DNA of 64,000 nucleotides from an uncultured Chloroflexia bacterium. GTDB taxonomy: Bacteria; Chloroflexota; Limnocylindria; Limnocylindrales; CSP1-4. Below, piece by piece: positions 25,756-35,353 of the stretch. The notes below the pieces were generated by a model. It was not told the DNA's origin. It ran no database searches and saw nothing but the letters and a program-made list of their open reading frames with translations. The position numbers and the translations under genes were made by a program. How positions within the stretch are numbered: position 1 is the stretch's first letter; the number at the start of each line of letters is the position of its first letter. The DNA lies in assembly GCA_963835335.1 (NCBI GenBank), contig CAWIFB010000006.1:72084-136083 (forward strand), read 5' to 3'.

Positions 25756-26424
25756 TCAGGCTTGCAGGTAGGTCAGGACGGCCAGCACGCGTCGATGATC
25801 GGACGGCGCCGGCTCGAGCGCGAGCTTCGAGAAGATCGTGCGGATGTGCCCTTCGATCGTCTTGAGCTCGAGGACGAGGCGCTCCGCAATCGCCTGGTTG
25901 GAGCGGCCCTCGGCCATCAATGCGAGCACGTCCCGCTCGCGCGCCGTGAGCTCGTCCAGCGGCCCGTGCGGCCGCGCACGTCCGAGCAGCTCGCCGACGA
26001 TCTCGGGGTCGATCACCGAGCCACCGGATGCCACCCGCCGGATCGCGTCCAGCAGGTCCGCCTCGCGCATGACCCGGTCCTTCAGCAGGTAGCCGACACC
26101 GGTCGCATCCGCGCGGAGCAGCCGGATCGCGTGGCGAGTCTCGACATGTGCCGAGAGGAGCAGGATCGCGGTCGCCGGGTGGCGTTCGCGGATGGCGATC
26201 GCCGCCTCGAGGCCCTCGGTCCGGTGCAGTGGCGGCATCCGGATGTCGAGGACGACCACGTCCGGGCCGTGATGCTCGACCAGCTCGAGGACACCTGCTG
26301 CGTCGCCGGCCTCCCCCACGACGTCGAATCCCTCGTCGGCCAGCAGGTGCGCGAGCCCCGAGCGAAAGAGCACGGAGTCGTCGGCCAGGACGACCCGCAG
26401 GCGACGCCCGCCCGGGTCGGTCAC
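25756..26424 (-). CDS. NarL/LuxR-family response regulator
   Basis: Receiver domain RVVLADDSVLFR...VVVLDIRMPP. C-terminal HTH LTARERDVLALMAEGRSNQAIAERLVLELKTIEGH. The GTG start overlaps the kinase stop. Confidence 0.95.
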   Translation of the reverse strand: MTDPGGRRLRVVLADDSVLFRSGLAHLLADEGFDVVGEAGDAAGVLELVEHHGPDVVVLDIRMPPLHRTEGLEAAIAIRERHPATAILLLSAHVETRHAIRLLRADATGVGYLLKDRVMREADLLDAIRRVASGGSVIDPEIVGELLGRARPHGPLDELTARERDVLALMAEGRSNQAIAERLVLELKTIEGHIRTIFSKLALEPAPSDHRRVLAVLTYLQA

Positions 26425-28199
26425 GACAGCGGGAGCCTGGCCCGGACGGTCGTTCCCCCGCCCGGCGGGCTGTCGATCGCAAGGGTGCCGCCCACGGCCT
26501 GCGCCCGGTCGTTGAGCCCGCGGACACCCGTCCCATCGGTTCCCTCGTCCGCCCCACCGCGTCCGTCGTCCGCGATCCGGAGGTCAAGGGTGTCCCGGTC
26601 GATCCGCCCGGTGATCGTCACCTGGGTTGCCTCGGCGTGCCGGATGGTGTTCGTCAGCGCCTCCGCGACGATGAAGTACGCGGTCGTCTCGACCGCTGCC
26701 GGCAGCCGCCGGTCTTCGATATCGACCTGGACGGGGATCGGGAAGCGGCCGGCGAGGTCGCGAACGGCGGGCGCGAGACCGCCCTCCGTGAGGGAGGGTG
26801 GATGGATGCCGCGCGCCAGCGCGCGGAGCTCGCGCAGCCCGTCCTCGAGCTCGTGGCTCGCCTCGTCGAGGATTCGCGCCAGCTCGGGGTCGGCATCGGC
26901 CCGACGGTTCGCACGCCGGAGCGTGAAGCCAAGCGCCACGAGCCGCTGCTGCGCTCCATCGTGGAGATCGCGCTCGACCCTCCGCCGCTCCTCGTCCGTC
27001 GCTTCGACGATCCGCGTCCTGGACGCGCGGACCTGCTCGAGCTGTCCCCGCAGCTCGGCGGCCAGCCGCTCGTTCTCGAGGGCAAGCCGCGACGCCGCCG
27101 CGGCGCTTTCGACGAGCGACGGGTCGACTGCCGGGTCGTGGATCAGGACCGCGATCATGCGGTCCGTCCCCTCGATCCGGGTCGTGTCGCGCTGGTCGTT
27201 GTCGAACGGCAGCTCGGCCGGCCTGCCGGCTGGATCGACGTATCCGGCGCCGTCCGGCGTGGGGAACGCGAGCCGCAGGGTAGGGTCGTGCACGGCGCGC
27301 GCAAGCGCGGACTCGAGATCACCGGTCCTGACGCCGTCGAGCTCGCGTACCAGGTCAGCGATCGAGCCACGCTCAAGCCGCGTCTGAAGCAGCCCGATGA
27401 GGAACGCGATCGGCAGCAGGAAGTTCGAGAGCTGCGCGAGCGGCCCCGTGGACACCGTGAACAGCGTGTCGGAGCCGATCACGCGGGCGACGAAGAAGGT
27501 CCCGTTGACGACGAGCGTGATGGGGCTCACCCAGAAGACAGGGGCCAGCGCCCGACGCGCGACCGGCGAGCCGCGTCGCCAACGGTCGACGACGGTCCCT
27601 ACGACAAGGATCGTCAGCACCAGGGCGCCGAGGTTCGCGACCATGCCCAGGCTGTCGGCAAGCCCCTCGTTCGGCCAGAGCAGCAGCGGGTTGCGGATCG
27701 CCCAGCTCGACGGGTACGGGTGCACCAGACGCGGACCGACCGTGAGGAGGAAGAACCAGGCGTAGACGGCGATCGTGAGGCGCCGCGACCAGCCAGCGGT
27801 CCGGCCATCCGGGAACGCGAGGTAGACGTGGGCGAGGACGACGAGCCCCAACACGTTCCACATGTCGCCGACGGTCCAAACGAGGGCGTCGCGGCCGTCC
27901 CAGCTCAGGAAGTCGACGGCACTGGCGAACCCCATGGCGATCACCAGCGGCCCGACCCGGTTGCCCGGGCGCGCGTGCCACATTACGAGGCCGACGCCGA
28001 TCGTGAACAGGTTGGCGGCGAGCTGGACGGACCAGGTCCCGGCGTCGCCGCTGTCCCGGTTCGCCGCCATGAGCGCGAGGCAGACGGCCCCGACGAGAAC
28101 GCCGGCCGCGATCACCCCGATGGTGACCGCGAGGCTGGGGCGGCCTGGCACCGTGCTCGCTCGCAGCCTCGGCGTCGCGGCTACCTGCTCGGCGGCCAC
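26421..28199 (-). CDS. Sensor histidine kinase (polytopic membrane sensor, HisKA_3, HATPase)
   Basis: About seven N-terminal TM helices. H-box RRRVERDLHDGAQQRLV. ATPase region FIVAEALTNTIRHA...GVRGLNDRAQAVGGTL. Confidence 0.9.
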   Translation of the reverse strand: MAAEQVAATPRLRASTVPGRPSLAVTIGVIAAGVLVGAVCLALMAANRDSGDAGTWSVQLAANLFTIGVGLVMWHARPGNRVGPLVIAMGFASAVDFLSWDGRDALVWTVGDMWNVLGLVVLAHVYLAFPDGRTAGWSRRLTIAVYAWFFLLTVGPRLVHPYPSSWAIRNPLLLWPNEGLADSLGMVANLGALVLTILVVGTVVDRWRRGSPVARRALAPVFWVSPITLVVNGTFFVARVIGSDTLFTVSTGPLAQLSNFLLPIAFLIGLLQTRLERGSIADLVRELDGVRTGDLESALARAVHDPTLRLAFPTPDGAGYVDPAGRPAELPFDNDQRDTTRIEGTDRMIAVLIHDPAVDPSLVESAAAASRLALENERLAAELRGQLEQVRASRTRIVEATDEERRRVERDLHDGAQQRLVALGFTLRRANRRADADPELARILDEASHELEDGLRELRALARGIHPPSLTEGGLAPAVRDLAGRFPIPVQVDIEDRRLPAAVETTAYFIVAEALTNTIRHAEATQVTITGRIDRDTLDLRIADDGRGGADEGTDGTGVRGLNDRAQAVGGTLAIDSPPGGGTTVRARLPLS

Positions 28200-28391
28200 G
28201 GTCGCTGGCTCTGTTCCGTCCTCTGGGCCGACATGCCGGCCATCGTGCCACCGAGGTCAACCCGCCACCACCGTGCGGGCCCTCGAAGGCGCCGGTGAGG
28301 AAGCAGGGTCGGCACGCGTTGCTTCGGGATGTTCAGGTCGAAGACTTCGGGGCAACGGCCGCGCCGAGCGGTCACGAACGGGAGACGGCCG

Positions 28392-28637
28392 ATGGGCTCG
28401 CGAATCATCCGCATCCCGGACCCCTCGCCTCACGAACGTGTTGGCGTCAGTCGCATCCTTGACCCCGCCGGGACCGCGCTCATGCTCGCCGTCTCGGCGT
28501 CGGTCCTCGTTGCCTCCCTCCTCATCGGGTCGCTGTCGGCCGTCGCCGGCCACGGCCCGGGTGCGATGGTGGAGCGCCCAGGGCCTGCCCCGACGATGCC
28601 GACGCCCATGCCCGAGGCACCGCCGACGTCACGTTAG
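28392..28637 (+). CDS. Small membrane protein (hypothetical, weak call)
   Basis: ATG 28392 follows GGAGACGG. One hydrophobic helix ALMLAVSASVLVASLLIGSLSAVAG. No homology is recognised. Confidence 0.3.
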   Translation: MGSRIIRIPDPSPHERVGVSRILDPAGTALMLAVSASVLVASLLIGSLSAVAGHGPGAMVERPGPAPTMPTPMPEAPPTSR

Positions 28638-28690
28638 GAAATGGCCGACCCACCACGCGGACACTCGTCGGGGCCCGCGCGATCGATGCG

Positions 28691-29287
28691 TCAGCGGGCG
28701 ATCGGGAGCGGGAGGTGCTCTGCCAGGACGCGGAACGAGCTGTTCGCAATCTCCCCCGCGCGTGTGATGTCGAAGGTGTTGCGCTGGAGCCCCTGGTCGA
28801 CGACGAGGGTCAGCTCCACGTGGAACCCATCCGCTGTCCGGGTGAGCGAAGGCTCGATGGCCGGCGGGTCGGCCAGCAACGCGGCCTTTGCCGACTCCTC
28901 ATTGTCCGATCCCGGACGCCAGTGAAGGTCGTCGAGCGAGGTGATCACGCGAACGATGACCTGCGCACCGCGGGTGACCTCCAGGTACGTCTCGATGTAG
29001 GCGCGCGCATCGGACTCGTCGTCGAGCTGGGCGCCGGTGGCGTCCACCAGATCGGCCCATGCGTCCTGGTCCGCGCTGAGCACCCGTACCGAGCCGTCCG
29101 GCCAGACCCCGACGTACACCTGCCACGGGTGTGAACCGGTTTCGTCCCTGGCCTGCCAGACGACCGTTCCCCGGATCCCGGGGACGGCGACCGGCACAAG
29201 CTTCGCCTGCCCATCGATCACCTGGTCCCCGAGCGGCTGCCCGATGGCCATCGCCACGGCGTGTCGATCGACGTCGCCCGTCGTCAT
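28691..29287 (-). CDS. Hypothetical protein, candidate immunity partner of the upstream HExxH protein
   Basis: ATG 29287 overlaps the upstream stop (ATGA). It has no signal peptide, is acidic, and belongs to no family I recognise. The immunity role rests on genetic context only. Confidence 0.6.
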   Translation of the reverse strand: MTTGDVDRHAVAMAIGQPLGDQVIDGQAKLVPVAVPGIRGTVVWQARDETGSHPWQVYVGVWPDGSVRVLSADQDAWADLVDATGAQLDDESDARAYIETYLEVTRGAQVIVRVITSLDDLHWRPGSDNEESAKAALLADPPAIEPSLTRTADGFHVELTLVVDQGLQRNTFDITRAGEIANSSFRVLAEHLPLPIAR

Positions 29288-30337
29288 TTCTTGCCCGGCT
29301 TCTTGTGCACTTCGTCCCACTGGTTCCCGTAGAACACGGCATAGCTGTTGTGGTTGGTGGACGTCACGAATGTCCCGTCATAGAACCACTTGGTCACTTC
29401 CTCGTCACGCGCCGTCGTTCGGCAGATCCTGTTGATCTCGCCGGTGCTCATGTCGGGGTTCGCCTTCTTCAACGCGTCCCGCTTGGCGTAGAAGGCCTTC
29501 AGGTAGCGCTGCTTCAGGTCGTCGCCGATGGCCGCGCCGGTCATGTCGATCCCCAGGCCCGACGTGACGGCGAGCCCCTCGATCTGCCGGACGACGGCCT
29601 CTGCCTCATCGGCGATCGAGAGCTTGATGTACGTGGCCCGATCCAGCGTCGTGCGGTCGGCCTGCTTGCCGGACTTGTACGTGTCGGCGTGCTGCGCCTC
29701 GTGCATCAAGGTGATCGCGGCCCCGCCGATGCCCAGCGTCTTGTTGACGTAGATCTTGCCGCCCTGGTGAAACGATCCCTGGCCGCCGTACTCGTAGTCG
29801 ACGGGGATCTTCCACTTCTCGATGATCGACATCGCCCAGGTGCCCGTGTCGCTCGCCCGACACGCGTCCTCGATCGCCTTCTTCCGGGCATCTCCCTTGA
29901 GGCCCGTCCCGGTGGTCCCGGTGGTGCCCGTCCCTGGCTGGCTCGTCGCGTCCGCATCGGTCGGCCCGGCCGATGCGACGGCACGCCGTCTCGGTACCCT
30001 CTCCGGCCTCGGTCGCGGCCGGCGCCGCGGCTTCGACCGCGCCTGCCTCGCCTTCGGCCTGGCCCTCCACTTCCTGGTTCATCGTGGGGCCGGGGTGGCG
30101 TTGCACGACGGCGGTTCCCATGAGCCGCGCAACGGCGTGGTTGCCGGCGGCATGCTGGAGTTCCATCAGTGCGTTCGGCCCGTCGTGCGTGGGCAGGCTC
30201 TCGGCCGGCCCGTTGCCGGTTACGCGAGCGGCAGTGGTTGCACCATCCGCGCGATCCGCGGTGATGGCGGGGCGCGGCCTGGGCAGGAGGGTCCGATCGG
30301 GGTCGCGTCGGGCGAGCTGGCTCATGCTGCCAACCAT
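29284..30337 (-). pseudogene. Polymorphic-toxin-like protein with an apparent frameshift. It has an N-terminal LQxxAGNxAV leader (as in DUF4157-type proteins), a Gly/Thr/Ala linker and a C-terminal HExxH metallopeptidase-like domain.
   Basis: The N-part (frame of ORF 29606..30490) reads MVGSMSQLARRDP...LMELQHAAGNHAVARLMGTAVVQR...EAGEGTETA. The C-part (frame of ORF 29284..29832) reads AVASAGPTDADATSQPGTGTTGTTGTGLKGDARKKAIEDAC...ITLMHEAQHADTY...ADEAEA. The frames switch near 29980-29986. The C-domain DNA is visibly less GC-rich. Confidence 0.65.
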
Positions 30338-30703
30338 TTTCGCGCGACGACGTACCGGAGCCAGAACCCTCGGTGCACCGCGATTGCCCGAACAGGCAGA
30401 CCTCGCCGGTACGGCCCCGAGTCCGGTCGCGGCGGGTCGTGTCGCACGCGTGTCGCACGGCGTGCCGGCGTTGTCCGTGCACGGGCGCAAGGTTGATGCA
30501 ACAGGCAGCTGCGGCTCGCTGATGGCCCGTTGGCGACGGCGGGCCTACGGTTCGGGCGGCTGGTGGGCGGTCGGGTCACTCGACCAGGGTCCCCCGATCC
30601 ATCGGACCTTGAACTGCCGGCGGCAGTCGCGCAGCCACCCCGGTCGACCATTTCCCCCCGAACGAACTCGACGCGCCCACGAGGGCCGAAGGACGGAGGC
30701 GAG

Positions 30704-30883
30704 ATGCCACAGAACGCCTGGTCGCCGAAACGCGAACGACAGTACGAGCACGTCAAGGAGAGCGAGCTCGATGCCGGCCGCTCCGAGGACCGGGCCGAGG
30801 AGATCGCTGCCCGGACGGTCAACAAGGAGCGTGCCGAGAAAGGTGAGACGAAAGCGTCCCGCCGACGCGCTCACTCGAGCTGA
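30704..30883 (+). CDS. Small basic protein, similar to actinobacterial proteins often labelled plasmid-stabilization protein
   Basis: ATG 30704 follows GGACGGAGG. MPQNAWSPKRERQYEHVKESELDAGRSEDRAEEIAARTVNKERAEKGE matches a conserved small-protein family I recall. The frequent C-terminal Rho_N-like extension is absent here. Confidence 0.6.
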   Translation: MPQNAWSPKRERQYEHVKESELDAGRSEDRAEEIAARTVNKERAEKGETKASRRRAHSS

Positions 30884-31091
30884 CAACCGTGAGCTGACAG
30901 CCCCGCCGCAGATCGGGGCACATGTCTCGCCTGCGCCGGCACTGACGATGGGGCGCTCGCAGATCCTGCGGGCGCCCTTTCGTGCGAGCACTCCTGCAAT
31001 GCCGCTGCGAGCGAGTGCCGCCGCGTGTATGACGAGACCGCGACGCGGATCGGATGACGATGCATCTCCCAGGTCGTATTGGAGGATCCCA

Positions 31092-31223
31092 GTGCGCTCA
31101 CGCGTCATCCGCCTCATCGCAATCGCCGCCGTTGCCGTCGCGACCCTGGGGGCGTGTGCGCCGGTGGTCACCGCCAGCTCGGCCCTCGCCGTTCCCGGCG
31201 CGTCGGACACGACCAAGCCGTGA
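31092..31223 (+). CDS. 43-aa lipoprotein-like small ORF (weak call)
   Basis: GTG 31092 lies 5 nt after GGAGGA. VRSRVIRLIAIAAVAVATLGAC... has a lipobox. Its stop overlaps the next GTG (GTGA). Confidence 0.35.
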   Translation: MRSRVIRLIAIAAVAVATLGACAPVVTASSALAVPGASDTTKP

Positions 31224-31765
31224 GCACGCAGGTGGACCGGGAGACGCGCGACACGGAGACGAGCCGAGATCGCTTCAACCGGCTGGCGGACAAGGTGACC
31301 AGGGCCCTGGGTTCCATTCAGGCGATGGTCCTGTCGGTCGTGGTCGTGATCGTCTGGGCCATCGCCGGTCCGCTGGCCAACTATTCCGACAGCTGGCAGC
31401 TGGTGATCAACACGTCCACCACGGTGATCACCTTCTGGATGGTGTTCGTGATCCAGAACAGCCAGGGCCGAGATGCCCGGGCGCTCCACCTGAAGCTCGA
31501 CGAGATCATCCGGGCCACCGCTGACGCGCGCAACGAGTTCATCGTCGCCGAGCGTTCGACCGAGGCGGAGGTCGAGGCTCACGAGCATGAGCTCCAGGAA
31601 GTGGTCGCGAACTCGCTGACGAATGGGCCGAAGGCGCCGCCGCCTGCGACCTCGGCTGCCGCCCAGGATGCACCGTCGCCCACGACCGCGACACCCACGG
31701 GCGGGCCGGGCCTCGCCTCCGGCACGAGGACGACGGGGGAGCACCGCCGGCGCCGCACGAGCTGA
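31220..31765 (+). CDS. Low-affinity iron permease family membrane protein
   Basis: FNRLADKVTRALGSIQAMVLSVVVVIVWAIAGPLANYSDSWQLVINTSTTVITFWMVFVIQNSQGRDARALHLKLDEII is characteristic of this family. The start at GTG 31220 is inferred. Confidence 0.75.
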   Translation: MSTQVDRETRDTETSRDRFNRLADKVTRALGSIQAMVLSVVVVIVWAIAGPLANYSDSWQLVINTSTTVITFWMVFVIQNSQGRDARALHLKLDEIIRATADARNEFIVAERSTEAEVEAHEHELQEVVANSLTNGPKAPPPATSAAAQDAPSPTTATPTGGPGLASGTRTTGEHRRRRTS

Positions 31766-31907
31766 GCCCGCCCGCCTGCAAGCGGCGCGCAAGGCCCGGG
31801 CAACGGCCCACGCGCGCGGTTGCGAGACCTCCACCGATACGGTCGACGCACGTGGCCTGGCCCAGCTCCAGCTGGATCGTCCGGGCCCATCACGGAGGAT
31901 CCGGACC

Positions 31908-32054
31908 ATGTTGTGGACCATCTTCGTCATCCTGCTCGTGCTGTGGCTGCTGGGCTTCATCGGCTCCGTCGGCGGCGCGTTCATCCACCTCCTGCTCCTC
32001 ATCGCCGCGATCGTCCTCGTGGCTCAGCTCCTGTCCGGTCGGCGAGCGGTATAG
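31908..32054 (+). CDS. lmo0937-family small membrane protein (48 aa)
   Basis: GGAGGA, then 7 nt, then ATG 31908. MLWTIFVILLVLWLLGFIGSVGGAFIHLLLLIAAIVLVAQLLSGRR. Confidence 0.8.
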   Translation: MLWTIFVILLVLWLLGFIGSVGGAFIHLLLLIAAIVLVAQLLSGRRAV

Positions 32055-32185
32055 GGACCCTGCGAGGCAACCGGAGCCGTCGCGTCGGGCGCCACGAGCT
32101 CCGGATCCAGCCCCGCAACCGGCCGGCCTTCGTGCCGGCCGGTTCTTTCCCGGCCAGCCGGCCGGCTTGAGCGGAGGCTTGTGAC

Positions 32186-32398
32186 ATGACGATGGTCGTT
32201 CGACGCTGCGCCCACTGCGGCTCCCTCGATCGGACACAGCACTGGGAGTCGCGTGACGCGGCTGCCGACCAGGGGGCCCCGGGGGCAAGCTGGGTCTGCC
32301 CGACGTGCGGCTCGTCGGATGCGGAGCTCGTCGATGACGACGCGCCGGACGAGCCGGGGATCGTGAAGCCGATCAACGCCGCGCCGGCGATGCACTGA
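32186..32398 (+). CDS. Small zinc-ribbon protein (hypothetical)
   Basis: GCGGAGG RBS. Two CxxC pairs (CAHCGS ... CPTCGS) and an acidic tail. Confidence 0.45.
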   Translation: MTMVVRRCAHCGSLDRTQHWESRDAAADQGAPGASWVCPTCGSSDAELVDDDAPDEPGIVKPINAAPAMH

Positions 32399-32494
32399 CC
32401 CTCGGACCGGCGACGCACTGGCGCTTCGGCCGGCCGGCCCACTGCCGCTTCCCCGGGCACGACGCCGTGGTGGAGCGACGCCGCGGCGGACGCC

Positions 32495-33625
32495 TCAGTC
32501 GACGCCCGCGTTGGACCCGTCCGGCAACGCGCGGCCGACCTGCTCGGTGGTGTCGGCGTCCGCATCCTCGAGCCCTCCCGGATCCTGCGCGATGGGCACC
32601 GCCCGCGCCTGGAGCCGTGCCAGAGCAATCTCCGCCGATGCCGCGATCGGCACCGCGAACAGCGCGCCGAGCACCCCGCCCACCGTTCCGCCGACCAGGA
32701 GGCTGACGAGGACCAGGAACGGCGAGATGCCGACGGTGTTGCGCATCACGATCGGGACCAGGATGTTGCCTTCGACGAGCTGGAGCACGAGGTAGACGCC
32801 GGCGACGACGAGCACGAGCTGCGTCGACATGGTGGCTGCGACCAGGAGCGCCGGGATCGCGCCGAGGAGCGGGCCGACAATCGGCACCGCCTCGAACAAC
32901 GCGGCCAGCAGCGCGAGGAGGAGGGCGCCCGGGAGCCCGAGCAGCGTGTAGGCGATGCCCGTGGTGACGCCGAGGACGCCCATCAGGATGAGCTGGCCGC
33001 GTACCCACATGCCCAGCCGTGCCTCGATCTCGTTCCACGCGGCCCGGACGCCGGCGCGGCGATCTCCCGGAACGAACGCAAGGACGTAGCGCTGGATCCT
33101 GGCGTGCTCCAAGAGCAGGAAGCACACGATCGTGAGCAGTGTGGCGAGCGTGATCGCCCCCTCGGCGACCGTGGCGCCCACGGCGACGACGACATCCGGA
33201 TCCGGCGGCGGCGGGGGCTGCAGGATTCCCGCAAAGGAGTCGACGAGCGCCGTGACCGACCGTGCGAGCGCGGGTGGCCTCAGGCCAGACGTCCACGCCC
33301 GCACCTCCTCGAAGAAGGGCGGCAGGGATGCGAGGAGGTCCTCTCCCTGACGGATCGCTGCAGGCACGACGATGAAGGCCAGGATCAGGACGATCGCGGC
33401 GAACGTGGCATACACGATGAGGATGGCTGACCGCCGCCCGAGCCCCGTCCGCCGGCGGATCGTGCCGATCGCGGGGGTAAGCGCGGACGACAGGAGGATT
33501 CCGGCAAACACGAGCAGGACGACATTCCGCGCGGCGATCGCGAGCCCGACCGTCCCGACGACGATCGACACGCCGAGTGCCAGGCCGATGCCGCGGACGG
33601 CCCATCGCGTCAGATCGGAGCGCAC
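32495..33625 (-). CDS. AI-2E family transporter (PerM-like)
   Basis: Eight TM helices. The conserved C-terminal core is LGLPGALLLALLAALFEAVPIVGPLLGAIPA...VLQLVEGNILVPIVM. Confidence 0.9.
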   Translation of the reverse strand: MRSDLTRWAVRGIGLALGVSIVVGTVGLAIAARNVVLLVFAGILLSSALTPAIGTIRRRTGLGRRSAILIVYATFAAIVLILAFIVVPAAIRQGEDLLASLPPFFEEVRAWTSGLRPPALARSVTALVDSFAGILQPPPPPDPDVVVAVGATVAEGAITLATLLTIVCFLLLEHARIQRYVLAFVPGDRRAGVRAAWNEIEARLGMWVRGQLILMGVLGVTTGIAYTLLGLPGALLLALLAALFEAVPIVGPLLGAIPALLVAATMSTQLVLVVAGVYLVLQLVEGNILVPIVMRNTVGISPFLVLVSLLVGGTVGGVLGALFAVPIAASAEIALARLQARAVPIAQDPGGLEDADADTTEQVGRALPDGSNAGVD

Positions 33626-33932
33626 CGGCGGTCGTCCGCTTCAGCCCCTGAGCGCAACGGTGGCGTTCGTTCGGTCATCGGCCCATGCTCCAGCCGGTCG
33701 GATCGCGGACAAGCCGGCCGAGGCCCCCACGATGTTGCAGCCGGGCATCAGTTCCGGCGGATGTGACCCGACGGGCAGTCGTGCCGGGCCGATGGCCGCG
33801 CGGTGCCCGAAGCTCCGGGGGAATGCCGTTGTCACACGCCCGGTTGCCGTGGCCATCGCCGCCGCAACCGACATCGCGCCATCGTCTTTGGTGCCCGGCG
33901 CGCCCTCGCCGAGGCACTCCTCCCCCTCGCTC

Positions 33933-33959
33933 GGACGGCCGGCTCCCCGCCGGCCGTCC
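33933..33959 (-). terminator. GC hairpin downstream of the GT4 gene, candidate terminator
   Basis: Perfect 10-bp stem GGACGGCCGG / CCGGCCGTCC with a 7-nt loop, about 90 nt past the stop at 34046. There is no U tract. Confidence 0.35.
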
Positions 33960-34045
33960 GGCGCGTTCCCGACCTGCAGGCGCCGGGCCGCTCGGCCGTC
34001 AGGTGCCGTGTTGTGCGTCCGCCACCGCGCTCGGTGGAGCGTCCA

Positions 34046-35238
34046 TCAGCTGGCGACAGCCGCCTCCGCCGACGCCCGCCCGCTCGGCGTCGTCTCCGCC
34101 CCGCCGTGCGCGACCCTCGGCGTCGTCTCCGCCCCGGCGTGCGCGACCCTCGGATGGAGCGGCTCAGGGCGCGGCACGAGCTCGCCGCCGGTCCTCTCGA
34201 CCACCGCCTGCATGAGGGACTCGTAGCCATCGGCCATGCGCGATGCGGAGAAGCGGTCCACGACGTCGCGCCGGATCCGGCTCCGGTCGAGGCCGGCCAC
34301 CCGATCGACGAGGCTCGCGAGGTGGGGGACGTCGTCGCCGAAGAACCCGTCGGTTCCCTCGCGCACGATCTCGGGCAACGCACCGACGCGACGCGCGACC
34401 ACGGGTGTTCCGCACGCGAGAGACTCGATCGCGACCAGCCCGAAGGGCTCCGGCCAGGCCCCGGGCATCAGGGTCGCGTGGCTGGACGCGATGAGCCGGT
34501 CGCGCGTGCGGGAGTCCACCTCGCCGACGAACTCGACACTCGACCCCGCGGCCTTGAGCGCCGGCCGGAACACGTCCCGGCCGTACGCCTGCTCGAGCGG
34601 CATCGACCCGATCTTGGCGAGGATCCGGAGCGGGCGTCCGACGCGCTGGGCGATCTCGATGGCGTCGACGACGCCCTTCTCGGGCGAGACACGCCCCACG
34701 AACACGAGGGCATCGTCGCGACGCTGCTGGAACGGGGCATCGTCAAGTCGCAGACCGTTGTGCACCACGGCCGCCCAGTCGCCTCCGGCTGCGTCGAGGC
34801 CTGGTGCGCGCTGATCGCGACGTGGTGGGCGGCGCTGCCGCGAAGGATGCGGGCAGCTGCCGGGTGATCGACCCGTCCATGGTGCGTGGCGATGACGGGC
34901 ACGGGCGTCGCCTCCGCGATCAGGGCGCCGAGGTACTCGAGATGCGTGTGGATGACGTCGAACTCGCCACGACGCGCCCGCGAGATGACCTCGCGGGCGG
35001 TCGCCATGAGCCACGGAAACGGGTCCTCCCGGACGGGGGCGCTCCGCAACGCGCGAGGGACGGTCGCGACGAGGACGCCCGGCACCTCCGAGTCGCCGCT
35101 CGCGAAGGTGCTCACCTCGTGGCCACGCTCGTGGAGCTCGGAGACGAGCTCGAACACCACGCGCTCGGTTCCGCCGTATCCGACGGGCGGGACGCGCTCC
35201 TCCAGCGGTGCAATCTGGGCGATTCGGAGGCTGGTCAT
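34046..35238 (-). pseudogene. GT4-family glycosyltransferase with an apparent frameshift
   Basis: The N-part (ORF 34468..35241, ATG 35238) reads MTSLRIAQIAPLEERVPPVGYGGTERVV...HHVAISAHQ. The C-part (ORF 34046..35329 frame) reads LDAAGGDWAAVVHNGLRLDD...VFVGRVSPEKG...PEPFGLVAIESLACGTPVV. The frames switch near 34785-34810. Confidence 0.8.
34083..34148. repeat. 33-bp tandem duplication (one mismatch) inside the 3' tail of the GT4 gene
   Basis: Units at 34083-34115 and 34116-34148, plus a 5-nt partial third. It encodes RVAHAGAETTP / RVAHGGAETTP. Confidence 0.85.
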
Positions 35239-35353
35239 CAACGGGCGCTCCTCTGATCCGGGTCGTGCATCCGATACGGTCGCCGGTGGGTTGCGGCCGG
35301 CAGATCAGCGCTGACGCTCCGGACCTCACGTCGGCATTGCAGCCTGTCCATCC

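Noticed and set aside
29284-30337. The lower-GC toxin region as part of a mobile element or prophage.
   Set aside because: No integrase, transposase, terminal inverted repeats, tRNA target or phage genes are visible nearby. Only the C-terminal domain differs in composition, which fits domain swapping better.
33626-34045. ORFs 33641..33874(-) and 33675..33917(-) in the gap between the AI-2E transporter and the GT4 gene.
   Set aside because: They have no motifs, their third-position GC is weaker than in neighbouring genes, and they lack a clear RBS. I left the region as intergenic with a terminator-like hairpin.
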